IMG/VR virus record: IMGVR_UViG_2737471844_000006
DNA from: a virus
Taxonomy: Duplodnaviria > Heunggongvirae > Uroviricota > Caudoviricetes
Direction: 5' to 3' (one strand)
DNA: 47,932 nt
Under the pieces are notes generated by a model that saw only the letters and a program-made list of their open reading frames with translations, ran no database searches and was not told where the DNA came from. Below are positions 1 to 9,779 of the stretch, one piece after another. The position numbers were made by a program, and so were the translations under genes. Each line of letters begins with the position of its first letter. Within the stretch, counting starts at the first letter, position 1.

Positions 1-1236
1 CTATGATAACCGCGCATTCAACATGGCTATCTGTTCGTCGTTCATGTCATCAATCCACATACCGTAAATTTCATACACCATCTGCGCAGTTTCATGCCCC
101 ATTTGGCTGGCTATAAATGCCGGGTTCGCTCCTGCCGTCAACAGCCAGCAGGCAAAAGTATGCCGCGTATGGTACGGATTACGGCGGCGAATACCAGCAC
201 GTTTTACTGCTGCATTCCACCTTGCCCCCAAACTGCTTACCGAGTAATAAGGTTTTTGTTTTCCGTTACACACCCTGGGCATGAAAACAAAATGCAGTTT
301 TTGCTTTTCGGTTCTGCCGTACTCCCGATGATAAAAGGTGATTTCGCTTTTGCGATGATGCCCGGTCAGTTTGTATTGCTCCTTCAGTGCTTCAAGAGCA
401 GGCTGCAGTAGTGTTACTGTCCGGATCCCGGCATTTGTTTTTGGGGGACCGAACATATCAAGTATCGTCAGGTTTCTTCTGACATTCACTATTCCCTTTT
501 CGAGATCCACATCCTCCCACGCCAGAGCTGCCAGTTCCCCGTGACGAAGTCCTGAGTAAACGGCAAATTTCCACAAGTTCTGGCTCTGTCCTTTTTCACT
601 TTCCATTAATGCATTGAATTCTGTTTTAGATAACGGATCAGGCTTTATTCTGTTTCGCTGTAATTTTTTTACTCCTTCAAATGGTTTGGTTGATATAAAT
701 CCCGACTGATACGCAAAACGTAACAGCGAACAGAGCAGGGCGATATAGTTATCAACTGTGCGTACGGTTCTTCCTTTTTTGTTGGATCTTGGATTATCCA
801 GGTAAAGCGTTTCTCCATGCAGCAGTTCATTCCGGTAGTTTAAGATATCGCTATAACGTATATGTGATATCGGGGTACTTTCACAAATTATTATTCTGAG
901 TGTTTTTAATTGTGATTTCGTTTTCTTCATTGTGTTTGTTGTTAACTCTGTCTCTTTAATTTTTGTCCAGATATCACAAAGCTCCCCGAACGTTTTTATG
1001 ACTCTCGTTGTCACCATTTTTGCCCCAGTGCTGGACTGGGGAAAACGTCTTAAATACTCAAATTCACCGGAGTTTATTTCATGAACTATCAGTGCTCTTA
1101 AATTTCCGGCCTTTTTAATATTACTGTTTGTAATCTCCCAGCCTTTTAATGTTTCCCGACATCGTTTTCCTCGAAACATGAACCAGATGCGAATGTATCT
1201 ACCTCTAATCTCGACACCTGTTGGTAATTTAGACAT
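1..1236 (-). CDS. intR: Phage integrase, tyrosine recombinase (Rac IntR-like)
   Basis: 411-aa ORF; C-terminal catalytic region (HTRHTFA...Y) typical of tyrosine recombinases; first gene of a Rac-like gene order. Confidence 0.9.
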   Translation of the reverse strand: MSKLPTGVEIRGRYIRIWFMFRGKRCRETLKGWEITNSNIKKAGNLRALIVHEINSGEFEYLRRFPQSSTGAKMVTTRVIKTFGELCDIWTKIKETELTTNTMKKTKSQLKTLRIIICESTPISHIRYSDILNYRNELLHGETLYLDNPRSNKKGRTVRTVDNYIALLCSLLRFAYQSGFISTKPFEGVKKLQRNRIKPDPLSKTEFNALMESEKGQSQNLWKFAVYSGLRHGELAALAWEDVDLEKGIVNVRRNLTILDMFGPPKTNAGIRTVTLLQPALEALKEQYKLTGHHRKSEITFYHREYGRTEKQKLHFVFMPRVCNGKQKPYYSVSSLGARWNAAVKRAGIRRRNPYHTRHTFACWLLTAGANPAFIASQMGHETAQMVYEIYGMWIDDMNDEQIAMLNARLS

Positions 1237-1237
1237 A

Positions 1238-1453
1238 TCATGAGTCTTTGATAAACTGATTTATCTTTGGATAGTTGTACCAGATAATCCCTCGTTTGCT
1301 GTCTGGCTTACCTAAAGGAGATACTCGTTTGAAGTGGAAGCCCTCCACCCAACAGTTCTGGCGGTATGCTTCAATTTGTCTGGCCCCCAGACCAGTGCGA
1401 AGCATCAGGCCGTATTCAACCATCCACTCTTCATTAAAGATTACTTGTGCCAT
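1238..1453 (-). CDS. xisR: Excisionase-like protein (Rac XisR/YdaQ-like)
   Basis: Small ORF immediately upstream of int on same strand; start chosen at internal Met ([10 protein letters not shown]...); sequence recalled as YdaQ-like. Confidence 0.65.
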   Translation of the reverse strand: MAQVIFNEEWMVEYGLMLRTGLGARQIEAYRQNCWVEGFHFKRVSPLGKPDSKRGIIWYNYPKINQFIKDS

Positions 1454-1552
1454 CGCATCACCTCTGGCAGGCGCCAATGTTAGACTGAAATTGACGCCCG
1501 ATGTTGATTATTAATAATCAGCTATGAAGTTTTAATTTGAATACAATGCAAT

Positions 1553-1741
1553 TCACGAGGACTGAAGTTTCTCGCAATTAAAATTAATCAGTTTTACTTT
1601 CTGCTCTCTGGAAACGCCTGCTTCTTTTTTACCTGAGAGCATTTTTTCGCATTCTGATTTCGTTAGTTTAGATTTTGAATATCTTGTCCAGTTAGTAGGA
1701 GTGCCACCTTCCTTTTCAATAGTGGCGGTAATTTTATACAT
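1553..1741 (-). CDS. ydaC: Rac prophage small protein YdaC-like
   Basis: 62-aa ORF (MYKITATIEKEGG...); its ATG overlaps the end of ralR; position matches Rac gene order. Confidence 0.55.
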   Translation of the reverse strand: MYKITATIEKEGGTPTNWTRYSKSKLTKSECEKMLSGKKEAGVSREQKVKLINFNCEKLQSS

Positions 1742-1928
1742 GAACACCTCCATTATTATTTCCAGTGGTTCGTTTATTCCATCTTTCGAGTGCTTCTTTT
1801 TCACTTCCACCATAACCGGTTCGGGATTCGCATCCGTTACACTTCGCTCGGTAATATCCTGAAATGGCTTTCACCGTTACTGATGGACAACCACAAAATG
1901 GACATGGTTTAACATTGTCATATCTCAT
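1734..1928 (-). CDS. ralR: Restriction alleviation protein Lar/RalR
   Basis: 64-aa protein with KPCPFCG...CNGC zinc-ribbon-like signature of the Lar family; lies upstream of recT as in Rac. Confidence 0.8.
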   Translation of the reverse strand: MRYDNVKPCPFCGCPSVTVKAISGYYRAKCNGCESRTGYGGSEKEALERWNKRTTGNNNGGVHV

Positions 1929-1983
1929 AACTTTTCTCATAAAAATATTTCAAGTTCGCGGTGCATTACACCGCCAGGCTGAA

Positions 1984-2793
1984 TTATTCCTCTGAATTAT
2001 CGATTACACTGTATTCCCCGGTTAATACAGAGGAATCTGCAGGATCGATTGTCAGTGGTTCCTTTTCATCCATTGATACTGCACGCTGGATCTCAATTGA
2101 TACGGGCAGATATTTGAACAGGCGACGAATAGCCGTTTTCTTTGCCATTTCTTCCCAGTGAGTTACCCACGGCCCGTTATTACCAGCTTTACTCTGGCTG
2201 CGCACCAGCTCAATCTGTTTGCGCGTCATAACTTCAAACTGAGTACCTCCGTCTTTCAGTCTTGCGACAGCATAGACGTGGGTAACCGGGGCATCTTCGT
2301 TTTCTCCTGGGCGGTGTATTAACTTTTCATCAAGGCCAAATTCGAAATTAAACTTGTCACCTTCACGGACAACACGGGCTGACAGGCTGGCGATTTGACC
2401 TGAACGGCGAGCCAGATCAATCATGCCGCGATAGCCAATGATTAGCTGAACGTTTTTTTTACCGCTCTTTTCGTTTTTATTACCAAAAGGCAGTAAATAT
2501 GCATGACCGAGGGCGCTACCGGGCTCAAGTCCGAGCTGTGAACACTGTACGATTGCACTGACAAAACTCATAGTGTCACAGTTTCCTAACGCCGGAACTT
2601 TACGAATTTCTGTGGTGGCGATACGGATCATACGTTCAGCCGTCATATGGCGTGGAAGAGCTGCTGCCAGTTGCTCTTTCATTGATGGCTGGTTAATAAA
2701 ACTAATCACGTCATTATTTTTAATTGCTGCTGGTGCACGGTTTCCCTGAGTTTTTTGCAGATCGGCTTTTGCGATTGGTGGTTGCTTAGTCAT
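1984..2793 (-). CDS. recT: Recombinase RecT (single-strand annealing protein)
   Basis: Translation from [16 protein letters not shown]... matches RecT as recalled; 269 aa from internal Met of the 288-aa ORF. Confidence 0.95.
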   Translation of the reverse strand: MTKQPPIAKADLQKTQGNRAPAAIKNNDVISFINQPSMKEQLAAALPRHMTAERMIRIATTEIRKVPALGNCDTMSFVSAIVQCSQLGLEPGSALGHAYLLPFGNKNEKSGKKNVQLIIGYRGMIDLARRSGQIASLSARVVREGDKFNFEFGLDEKLIHRPGENEDAPVTHVYAVARLKDGGTQFEVMTRKQIELVRSQSKAGNNGPWVTHWEEMAKKTAIRRLFKYLPVSIEIQRAVSMDEKEPLTIDPADSSVLTGEYSVIDNSEE

Positions 2794-5407
2794 TTGCATA
2801 TTCCTTAGCCCAGCGGGGCAGTGATAACGTCTTAATAGCTGGCCATTCATCGGTATTGAGGCAGTCAGCCAGGGTTCGCAGATTGCGGTGATATTCCAGC
2901 TGACCTGCCAGTTTTGCTTCTTCGCCCATCATGAAAATTTCAACCGGATAACGTCCGCATTCAATAGTTGTGCTGGCAACCAGAAAAACGAAAGTTGGCT
3001 GCACTCCAAACTGTGCTTCATAACCGTCACTGTAGAATGCATCCTGAACGTGATAGCGGTAGTCGTAATAAGCGGTTTTGAATCGTTGAATATCCGCCGT
3101 AGTTTTCACGTCCATAATCCAGTGAAATTCAGGGATAATTTTGTCCGGACGGCACCGACACAAAATTCCTGTTTCAGGATCTTCCCAGTAAATTGATGAT
3201 TCAGCGTGTCCGGCGCTTTCAACAAGCCATTGCCCCAGCGGCAAAGCCATAACGCTTTGATACATGAGTTCAATTTTCCAGCCTTCTTCCGCAGTGATAA
3301 CCGTTTTTCCTGTGCTTGCGCATTCCATCAGAAACGCTTTCTCTTCTTCTTTTCCGGCGTTTGTACGGCGGTTAAATTCAGGTGCTACGATAAAGCGGTT
3401 ACTGAATTCTTCCGGTTCAAGTACCCGGCAGTGGAAAGCGGTTCCTAAATCGAGCGTTTTTGTCTTTGTGGTGTCCACGGGGGCATTTTTACGCCACAAA
3501 TACAGTGCCGGAGTATCAGCAATGTCGTCGAGCTGAGACTTACTGACACCGGGACCCGCGTGGTAATTCTCATTCGAAATTCCGTAATAAATACCTGGCT
3601 CTATGTCTTCTACGATTACGGGATCTGCGACTTCGCCAGTTTCATCACTGCAATCGTGATGCGGATCGCTGCCAGCATTCTCATTGTGCGGATGTTCAGC
3701 GCCTTCCATTTCCTCCGGATCATTTTCCTTAGCTTCAACCTGATTCTCTTCATCGAATGTTTCCTGGTATGTTGCGTCGCCCATCACCGCACCATAGTCA
3801 GGGCAGTTATCCCCGCCAGTCTGACCGCAGGCATTGCAGACTATTTCCGGTTCCTGTTGCACTACTGGCTCAGGTTGTTTCACATCCGGGCTGGTTTTTT
3901 CCGTTTCTGGCGTGTTTTGTTCCGTTTCTGGCTGGTTCTGGTACACAGAATCGCGAGTCTGGATCCCCTTAACCCATTTCGGATTGTTCGGGTCGCTAAT
4001 TCCGTCAACAAATTCACCACGTGATGCAGCAAGCAATTTATCGGCATCGACAGGATTTTTTGATGGAATGTTTTTCCGGGCTTTATGGAGTTCTGCCCGC
4101 AGTTCCTGATATTTCGCATCAACAGAATTTACCTGTGACTGAGCATCCAGCGGCTGCGTGTCCTGATGATGTTTAGTTGCGTCCGGTTCCATTGTTTCAG
4201 CCTCTCCCTGTTCATCTGCCGTTGTTCCAGATGGTTGCGGTTTTTCTTCATCATCCTGTTTTCCTTCTTCTGTTACTCGCTGCGGTATTGGGGCAGAGGA
4301 GCGACCGCAGGCAATATCCACGATTTCCGGATCAGGGTTGGCATGATCGGTTTCAGTCAGTACTTTGTTCAGATATTCAGTGACGTGCGCGGGGATGACC
4401 TCGATCCCAATTGGTGCTTCTTTTACGGACGCAACCACGATGGCGCGGGAATAATCCAGCCCGCCAGGCATGGTGATGAATTTGTCGCGGAAAACAGAAA
4501 AGGGCGGTTTATTTTCAGCGATAATTTCCTCAATGCGTTTAGCGTGTGCCGGATGAAGGTTATAGATGTCCAGATCCATTGAGCGGGCCAGTACGCCAGT
4601 GGCTACGTCGCGCGCCAGTGACGTCAGATCGTGTACGAAACCTTCGCCGCGATCGGTGAGGTTTCCGCCGCCAGCATTAGCACCGGAAGCCGTGCGAGTG
4701 ATGTGTGAAACACGATTACCCTTCATCCACTCTTTTGTCAGCAGTCCTCGATCGGTGTAGTCAGCGTTCAGGTATGCTTCGAAAAAAGCAGTTATCAGTC
4801 CCAGGTTTGAATTACCAGGATTAGGGAAAACTTTGTCAGTGTCACGAACCAGTTTGTGGAGATCGCGAATTTCCAGCGGGTCGAGCAGGCTGGTTTTGTG
4901 GGAAACAGCCAGGGCAGTAACAGCCGGTAGTTCTTCAGCCCGAGCAATGTGTAATGCCTGGAGTCCGTCGCGTGAAACGTGCGTTACCGGTTTTTCGCTG
5001 CCGTGTTGAGCAAGCCAACGAATGGGCAGTTCCTGGCCAGAAATTGGGAGTAGCATATTATCCTCAATCTCAGTCATGTCTTCGCCGTTGACGTTGGTAT
5101 TGCCTTGATAGTGAGCGTTGTCTGGTGCTGCTCCCGGTTTTAGTTCCCATGTCATGGAGTCTTTGCTGAGTTGATAGCGTTCACTCCAGGTAAAATCGAT
5201 CTCACCTTCAGTGGGCAGGTCATTAACGACAGGAAAATTCGTGGCAACAGGTTTAAAATAGCTGCTCAGTTTTTTACCTGACTTAACGAGCAGGTAGTCC
5301 AGAGTGGCACAGGTCGATTCAAAATCGTCGCTTGCCCACAGGACGACGTCAGGTTCACCGGATGATTTTTTCGCTTTCCGTAAAAGGAAGAGTGGTTTTG
5401 TGCTCAT
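2786..5407 (-). CDS. recE: Exodeoxyribonuclease VIII RecE
   Basis: 873-aa ORF starting [20 protein letters not shown]..., recognisable as RecE; 3' end overlaps recT start. Confidence 0.95.
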   Translation of the reverse strand: MSTKPLFLLRKAKKSSGEPDVVLWASDDFESTCATLDYLLVKSGKKLSSYFKPVATNFPVVNDLPTEGEIDFTWSERYQLSKDSMTWELKPGAAPDNAHYQGNTNVNGEDMTEIEDNMLLPISGQELPIRWLAQHGSEKPVTHVSRDGLQALHIARAEELPAVTALAVSHKTSLLDPLEIRDLHKLVRDTDKVFPNPGNSNLGLITAFFEAYLNADYTDRGLLTKEWMKGNRVSHITRTASGANAGGGNLTDRGEGFVHDLTSLARDVATGVLARSMDLDIYNLHPAHAKRIEEIIAENKPPFSVFRDKFITMPGGLDYSRAIVVASVKEAPIGIEVIPAHVTEYLNKVLTETDHANPDPEIVDIACGRSSAPIPQRVTEEGKQDDEEKPQPSGTTADEQGEAETMEPDATKHHQDTQPLDAQSQVNSVDAKYQELRAELHKARKNIPSKNPVDADKLLAASRGEFVDGISDPNNPKWVKGIQTRDSVYQNQPETEQNTPETEKTSPDVKQPEPVVQQEPEIVCNACGQTGGDNCPDYGAVMGDATYQETFDEENQVEAKENDPEEMEGAEHPHNENAGSDPHHDCSDETGEVADPVIVEDIEPGIYYGISNENYHAGPGVSKSQLDDIADTPALYLWRKNAPVDTTKTKTLDLGTAFHCRVLEPEEFSNRFIVAPEFNRRTNAGKEEEKAFLMECASTGKTVITAEEGWKIELMYQSVMALPLGQWLVESAGHAESSIYWEDPETGILCRCRPDKIIPEFHWIMDVKTTADIQRFKTAYYDYRYHVQDAFYSDGYEAQFGVQPTFVFLVASTTIECGRYPVEIFMMGEEAKLAGQLEYHRNLRTLADCLNTDEWPAIKTLSLPRWAKEYAND

Positions 5408-5505
5408 TGTTTTTTAACCTCAACTCAGATTAAAATTACTGCGAGTGATGAATAAATGTCCCAGGTTCTTCACTCAGGCCTGCACGTTGTGCAGGCTTTC
5501 TTTTT

Positions 5506-5781
5506 TCAGATTTCACCTTTTAATTTCATTGCAATCAGAGTTGCCAGAAATCCGGCTTTTTTTTCTGCGGGCAGATTCTTTCCGATGTGAACCAGACTCA
5601 TTTTTGTGACACCTTCATCAAGTGTTTTTACGTTGCCTGATGGGCCGTCAATATCAACCACAGTGAATGGGGTTTCTTTATTTTCTGTTTTAATCACGTA
5701 GCCAATACGCTTTCCTTCCAGATTAACCTCGTGAACAATGTCATCAGTAGTTACAACAGTGGCTTCATAACTGGTAATCAT
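5506..5781 (-). CDS. racC: Rac prophage protein RacC
   Basis: 91 aa from internal Met (MITSYEATVVTTDD...), matches RacC as recalled. Confidence 0.75.
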   Translation of the reverse strand: MITSYEATVVTTDDIVHEVNLEGKRIGYVIKTENKETPFTVVDIDGPSGNVKTLDEGVTKMSLVHIGKNLPAEKKAGFLATLIAMKLKGEI

Positions 5782-5855
5782 GTTTTTCTCCTTAATTAAG
5801 GTTGAGCGAATCCCTGCCATTGCTGGCATAAATTCAGTTTCGCATAGTCAGTTAA

Positions 5856-6026
5856 TTAAAGTTCGTGTGCCATCTGGTCTTTTTCGGCACAACTTTCACT
5901 ACAATATTTTTTCATTTCCGTCGTTGGGATAACTCCACGCATGAAATGAAGTGGTCTTTTAATACTTTTGCTTTCTTCAATTTCTTTATTGCAAAGGTGG
6001 TAAGCACATTTTATTTTCTTAGTCAT
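5856..6026 (-). CDS. ydaE: Zinc-binding small protein YdaE
   Basis: 56-aa ORF missing from the track (under 60 aa); [19 protein letters not shown]...CSESCAEKDQMAHEL with Cys pairs; ATG overlaps kilR stop (ATGA). Confidence 0.7.
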   Translation of the reverse strand: MTKKIKCAYHLCNKEIEESKSIKRPLHFMRGVIPTTEMKKYCSESCAEKDQMAHEL

Positions 6027-6247
6027 CACCATGACTCCGCCTTTACAGGTAAACCATCACGACCGAGGAAGACTTTAATCATGCAGTCAGTAATGCATGT
6101 TTTTGTGGTCAGGTTATGAATATAAAGTTTTCGCTTTTTAATATTGTTTGCCGAGGCAATATATGTCCGGCCTTCATGAAGAATATAGTCACCAGGAGTC
6201 ACACACTGACGTGGTATTTCATCAGTTCCGAAGTGATGTGCAATCAT
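6026..6247 (-). CDS. kilR: Cell division inhibitor KilR
   Basis: 73 aa from [21 protein letters not shown]..., matches KilR as recalled. Confidence 0.85.
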   Translation of the reverse strand: MIAHHFGTDEIPRQCVTPGDYILHEGRTYIASANNIKKRKLYIHNLTTKTCITDCMIKVFLGRDGLPVKAESW

Positions 6248-6678
6248 AATTATCTCCATTTTTACAAATGAACTTTGTTGATGCGGTGCCTGGTGCCTCC
6301 AGGTGACGTTAACCAGTTAACAATTAACGCCGGATAATCCACCCATAACACTGATGCTTTTAACTGTTCCGCGTGCGCTTAGCCGCATTCACCGCATCAC
6401 AAAATTTACTTTAAAAAGGGGCGGACATCAGCCGAACTTCAAGAAAAAACTGATGCCGCCAAGACTACACACAGCAATGTCGTTATTTACAACCGGAGGC
6501 GCACTCCCACCATTTAAATTTAACAGACAAAACCGACTCTTTATGGATATCGGAAATGCGCCTTCGTGTTGTGCCCGGTTTTATTTCACCACCTCCGGGC
6601 TTCGGTGGTCTCTGCTATACCCCTACAGCGAGAGCTTGTGTTAACATTTCAATACCCTTACAGTTGAGAGTTATTGAA

Positions 6679-7188
6679 ATGTTAGAAAGTCTTTTAACAT
6701 TGGCAAAATTCTTTGCCGAAAAATCAGTTAGTCGGTTTATGATTACTATAGTTATATTTTTTCTGATATTAATGTTGGTACCAGAAAACTTGTCAGAGTA
6801 TCTGGAAAAGAAAAGCGCCATTCCATATTCCATGCAGCTATTTTGCTTCAGCATAGCCTTTGTCTCGACTTTAATCCTTGATAGAGTAGTAATCCTTTTC
6901 TTGAGAATGTTCTACCTGATTCGGGATTTTGTAAAAAAGCGCAAAATGCTAAAAAATCTGAATTCGCTAAATGCAGAACAAATTCGTATTATTGAATCAT
7001 TCCTCCAGTTCAATGACCTACTTACGCTTTGTCCTGAAAATCAAAGTACAGCCTTGCTTGTCAGGATGGGAATAATTCGTTTTGTTAGAAAGTGTTCATT
7101 AGGCAATAGCTCCCATTTTCAACTCGATCCCGACTATGAGGAACTAATATTTGAAGCATGGAACCCTTGCACTAAGCGCTTCGAATAA
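6679..7188 (+). CDS. sieB: Superinfection exclusion protein B-like membrane protein
   Basis: AT-rich ORF, hydrophobic N-terminal segment (ITIVIFFLILMLV); position between kilR and ydaF as sieB in Rac; start chosen at MLESLL. Confidence 0.55.
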   Translation: MLESLLTLAKFFAEKSVSRFMITIVIFFLILMLVPENLSEYLEKKSAIPYSMQLFCFSIAFVSTLILDRVVILFLRMFYLIRDFVKKRKMLKNLNSLNAEQIRIIESFLQFNDLLTLCPENQSTALLVRMGIIRFVRKCSLGNSSHFQLDPDYEELIFEAWNPCTKRFE

Positions 7189-7189
7189 G

Positions 7190-7345
7190 TTACTCCGCTA
7201 ATGTTTTGACTAACCAGCGGCGTGCGTCACTTTCAGTTTTAAACGTCCTGCTTCTGGTATATGTCATGGCGGTGAACGTTCCATCCTGGTTGGGGAACAC
7301 GCCGCACACCAGGGATTCGTTATTGCCGAGGTCGATTTTTTGCAT
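7190..7345 (-). CDS. ydaF: Rac prophage small protein YdaF-like
   Basis: 51-aa ORF not in track: MQKIDLGNNESLVCGVFPNQDGTFTAMTYTRSRTFKTESDARRWLVKTLAE. Confidence 0.55.
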   Translation of the reverse strand: MQKIDLGNNESLVCGVFPNQDGTFTAMTYTRSRTFKTESDARRWLVKTLAE

Positions 7346-7355
7346 TTTTCGCACC

Positions 7356-7490
7356 TCACATTTTGTTGTTGCGGATAGAGGCTTCTGCCTGCCAGAGATC
7401 CCAGTCGTTGCTGCGTAGAGCCTGTACAGCCTGGCTGTAAGTGATATCGCAACAATCCATCAAATACTGAACTACTTCGTAATGCACCAT
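7356..7490 (-). CDS. ydaG: Rac prophage small protein YdaG-like
   Basis: 44-aa ORF not in track: MVHYEVVQYLMDCCDITYSQAVQALRSNDWDLWQAEASIRNNKM. Confidence 0.55.
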   Translation of the reverse strand: MVHYEVVQYLMDCCDITYSQAVQALRSNDWDLWQAEASIRNNKM

Positions 7491-7659
7491 CTTATCTCTC
7501 CCCTTAACGCCGGGTGGCGGAACTAACTGCTGCACTGCAAAATTTGAATCCCGCCGTCATGTTCATACGCCTCGGGCTGGCTACTTAACCCCTTACCACT
7601 GCCTGGTAACTCGAAGTATTGCCCGGCGTTCTGTGGGGCGGGGTGGGTGGTATGCTGGA

Positions 7660-7688
7660 ACTATAGGTAATGCCTAATTGATTGTCAA
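7660..7688 (-). promoter_or_regulatory. Leftward early promoter (PL-like): -35 TTGACA, 17-nt spacer, -10 TATAGT
   Basis: Read on minus strand: TTGACA at 7688..7683, TATAGT at 7665..7660; points toward ydaG-ydaF-kilR. Confidence 0.4.
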
Positions 7689-7704
7689 TAGGCTATGCCT
7701 AATG
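7683..7704. repeat. 22-bp operator-like repeat, left copy (inverted relative to right copy)
   Basis: Reverse complement of CATTAGGCATAGCCTATTGACA; same 22-mer at 8326-8347; contains TGCCTAAT half-sites. Confidence 0.6.
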
Positions 7705-7797
7705 TTTTGGGCGTAACCTAATAGGTGATGGCGACAGGAGAAAGTGATGGGGGGTTAAATAACGGAATCCAGGAGTTTTCCGTCAGACCATATAAGT

Positions 7798-8274
7798 TTA
7801 AGTTCCAGTTTTTGTGATGTTCTGGCTTTTCCGTTCAGATTCTAGAGCTTTCAGATACTTACCCACTTTCATTTCCATCGCTGCTATGTAGGCGCGAACA
7901 TCGTGGTCAACCCAATCTGGTTCTGTAGCATTTCCAGATAACAGGAAAGCTACAATCGCTCTTATTTCATCAGAGGCTGCTTGATAAAGGTTGTTTATAT
8001 CTAAAAGTTCACTTTTTGTATCTGAATTGGTGGGGGTTGGTATGGGGTATTCGTTAAGCCCCCAATGCTCTGGACCAACAACATCAGAAAAGAAACGCCA
8101 TAATTCTGGAAGTTTATCTTTACTTATGGAGCCTTTCTTAATCCAGTCATAAATTGATGGTGGTTGGATTTTGAAGTGGCGTGCGACCTCCGCCTTTGAT
8201 TTGACGGATCCCGATGCGATTTTTTTGTTAATGGCCTGCTCTATCGCTCGGCCTAAGTCTTTACCACTAAGCAT
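7798..8274 (-). CDS. racR: Rac prophage repressor RacR
   Basis: 158-aa ORF, N-terminal HTH-like region; divergent from ydaS; flanked by operator-like repeats. Confidence 0.85.
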   Translation of the reverse strand: MLSGKDLGRAIEQAINKKIASGSVKSKAEVARHFKIQPPSIYDWIKKGSISKDKLPELWRFFSDVVGPEHWGLNEYPIPTPTNSDTKSELLDINNLYQAASDEIRAIVAFLLSGNATEPDWVDHDVRAYIAAMEMKVGKYLKALESERKSQNITKTGT

Positions 8275-8325
8275 TGCTTAATATTCTCCTATGCTCATTG
8301 CATTAGGCAATCCCTACCTTTATCG

Positions 8326-8347
8326 CATTAGGCATAGCCTATTGACA
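8326..8347. repeat. 22-bp operator-like repeat, right copy
   Basis: CATTAGGCATAGCCTATTGACA; further ATTAGGCA-like 8-mers at 8302 and 8363. Confidence 0.6.
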
Positions 8348-8371
8348 TTTATGTTAGGCGTCGCCTAATAT
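8342..8371 (+). promoter_or_regulatory. Rightward early promoter (PR-like): -35 TTGACA, -10 TAATAT
   Basis: TTGACA at 8342-8347, TAATAT at ~8366-8371, about 27 nt before ydaS ATG. Confidence 0.45.
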
Positions 8372-8397
8372 TTCTGTGTGTTTTTGGAGTTCATTCG

Positions 8398-8694
8398 ATG
8401 AAAAAAGAGAACTATTCATTCAAGCAAGCTTGTGCTGTTGTCGGTGGGCAATCAGCAATGGCTAGGCTTTTAGGTGTATCACCTCCAAGCGTAAATCAAT
8501 GGATCAAAGGGGTACGTCAATTGCCTGCCGAGAGATGTCCAGCAATTGAACGAGCAACAAGAGGTGAGGTTCTGTGCGAAGAGCTTCGTCCTGATATTGA
8601 CTGGTCATATTTACGACGTTCGGCATGTTGTTCGCAGAATATGTCAGTGAAGCAACTAAATGACAGTAACAAATCCTCATTTGATCATACCTGA
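8398..8694 (+). CDS. ydaS: Cro-like HTH regulator YdaS
   Basis: 98-aa ORF with HTH (QSAMARLLGVSPPSVNQWIKG); first gene of rightward operon. Confidence 0.85.
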   Translation: MKKENYSFKQACAVVGGQSAMARLLGVSPPSVNQWIKGVRQLPAERCPAIERATRGEVLCEELRPDIDWSYLRRSACCSQNMSVKQLNDSNKSSFDHT

Positions 8695-8716
8695 AACATC
8701 AAGAGGCAAATGATTC

Positions 8717-9139
8717 ATGAAAATCAAGCATGAGCACATCGAATCAGTGTTGTTTGCCCTGGCAGCCGAAAAAGGGCAGGCATGGGTAGCCAATGCAATT
8801 ACTGAAGAATATCTGCGCCAGGGGGGCGGCGAATTGCCCCTGGTTCCAGGCAAGGACTGGAACAATCAGCAGAATATCTATCACCGTTGGTTGAAAGGTG
8901 AAACGAAAACGCAAAGAGAAAAAATTCAGAAGCTGATCCCAGCAATTCTGGCAATCCTTCCGCGCGAGTTGCGTCACCGACTCTGCATCTTCGATACCCT
9001 GGAACGCCGTGCATTACTGGCGGCGCAGGAAGCGTTAAGTACGGCAATTGATGCGCATGATGATGCAGTCCAGGCCGTTTACCGGAAAGCGCATTTCAGC
9101 GGCGGCGGTTCTTCCGACGATTCTGTCATTGTTCATTAA
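8717..9139 (+). CDS. ydaT: YdaT (CII-like regulator / putative toxin)
   Basis: 140-aa ORF directly after ydaS; sequence recalled as YdaT. Confidence 0.85.
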   Translation: MKIKHEHIESVLFALAAEKGQAWVANAITEEYLRQGGGELPLVPGKDWNNQQNIYHRWLKGETKTQREKIQKLIPAILAILPRELRHRLCIFDTLERRALLAAQEALSTAIDAHDDAVQAVYRKAHFSGGGSSDDSVIVH

Positions 9140-9145
9140 GGTGAT

Positions 9146-9448
9146 GTGGTGATGGAAAAATATGAACTGAAAAAATACCGACTTAAAACACTGGAAGGCG
9201 AAACATTGCTTCAGCGTATAGCCCGAAATGTTGCCTGGTATGCCATACGACTCTCTCTGCATCGCCATCTTGTTAACGGGTATCCCTCGTCAACGCTGTT
9301 GTTCATCAATATCAAAGATAAAGAAAAAGCCGCAGAACACATTCGGTGGATGGAACTGGCGCAGGGACAAGCTCTTGATATTGAGTATGGCGATGAGATC
9401 GACTACAGCAAAGCTCAACCGCTGCGCCACGTAATTTTTAGGGGGTGA
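9146..9448 (+). CDS. Hypothetical protein
   Basis: 100-aa ORF 7 nt after ydaT; no recognisable motif; marks where the Rac-like match ends. Confidence 0.45.
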   Translation: MVMEKYELKKYRLKTLEGETLLQRIARNVAWYAIRLSLHRHLVNGYPSSTLLFINIKDKEKAAEHIRWMELAQGQALDIEYGDEIDYSKAQPLRHVIFRG

Positions 9449-9700
9449 TTATGACATCTTTTCTTTTAGCTTTTGTAGGGCAACGATCAGTTCATCAATT
9501 TGGGTTGCATCCATTATCAACTCTAGTTTGTGATAAGCCCCGTAATTTAGCTCCTGTGTGTGGAATTCCTGGGCAAGTATTTTTACTCCTCCGCGATTGA
9601 GCATTCCTGAGGTGCTAAAAATTTTTGACTCGGTTCCAGTAATACTGTCCACCCAAAATTTTTGGGGGAATGGAGCAGACTTATCAAATGTAAAAGACAT
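9449..9700 (-). CDS. Hypothetical small protein (reverse-oriented, AT-rich)
   Basis: 83-aa ORF with AGGAGG 6 nt upstream of ATG; convergent with 9146-9448. Confidence 0.5.
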   Translation of the reverse strand: MSFTFDKSAPFPQKFWVDSITGTESKIFSTSGMLNRGGVKILAQEFHTQELNYGAYHKLELIMDATQIDELIVALQKLKEKMS

Positions 9701-9779
9701 GTCGAACCTCCTTTGGTTCTGTTGATTGGGGAATCACAGATTATATCCGGAGGAAGGTTCGACACCAGATGAGGCAATT

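Noticed and set aside
2888-4760. Multiple plus-strand ORFs (60-154 aa) inside the recE/recT region
   Set aside because: All lie antisense to the well-supported recE/recT reading frames and have odd, low-complexity compositions.
5865-6119. 84-aa plus-strand ORF
   Set aside because: Antisense to ydaE and kilR, which are better supported by sequence and stop/start overlap.
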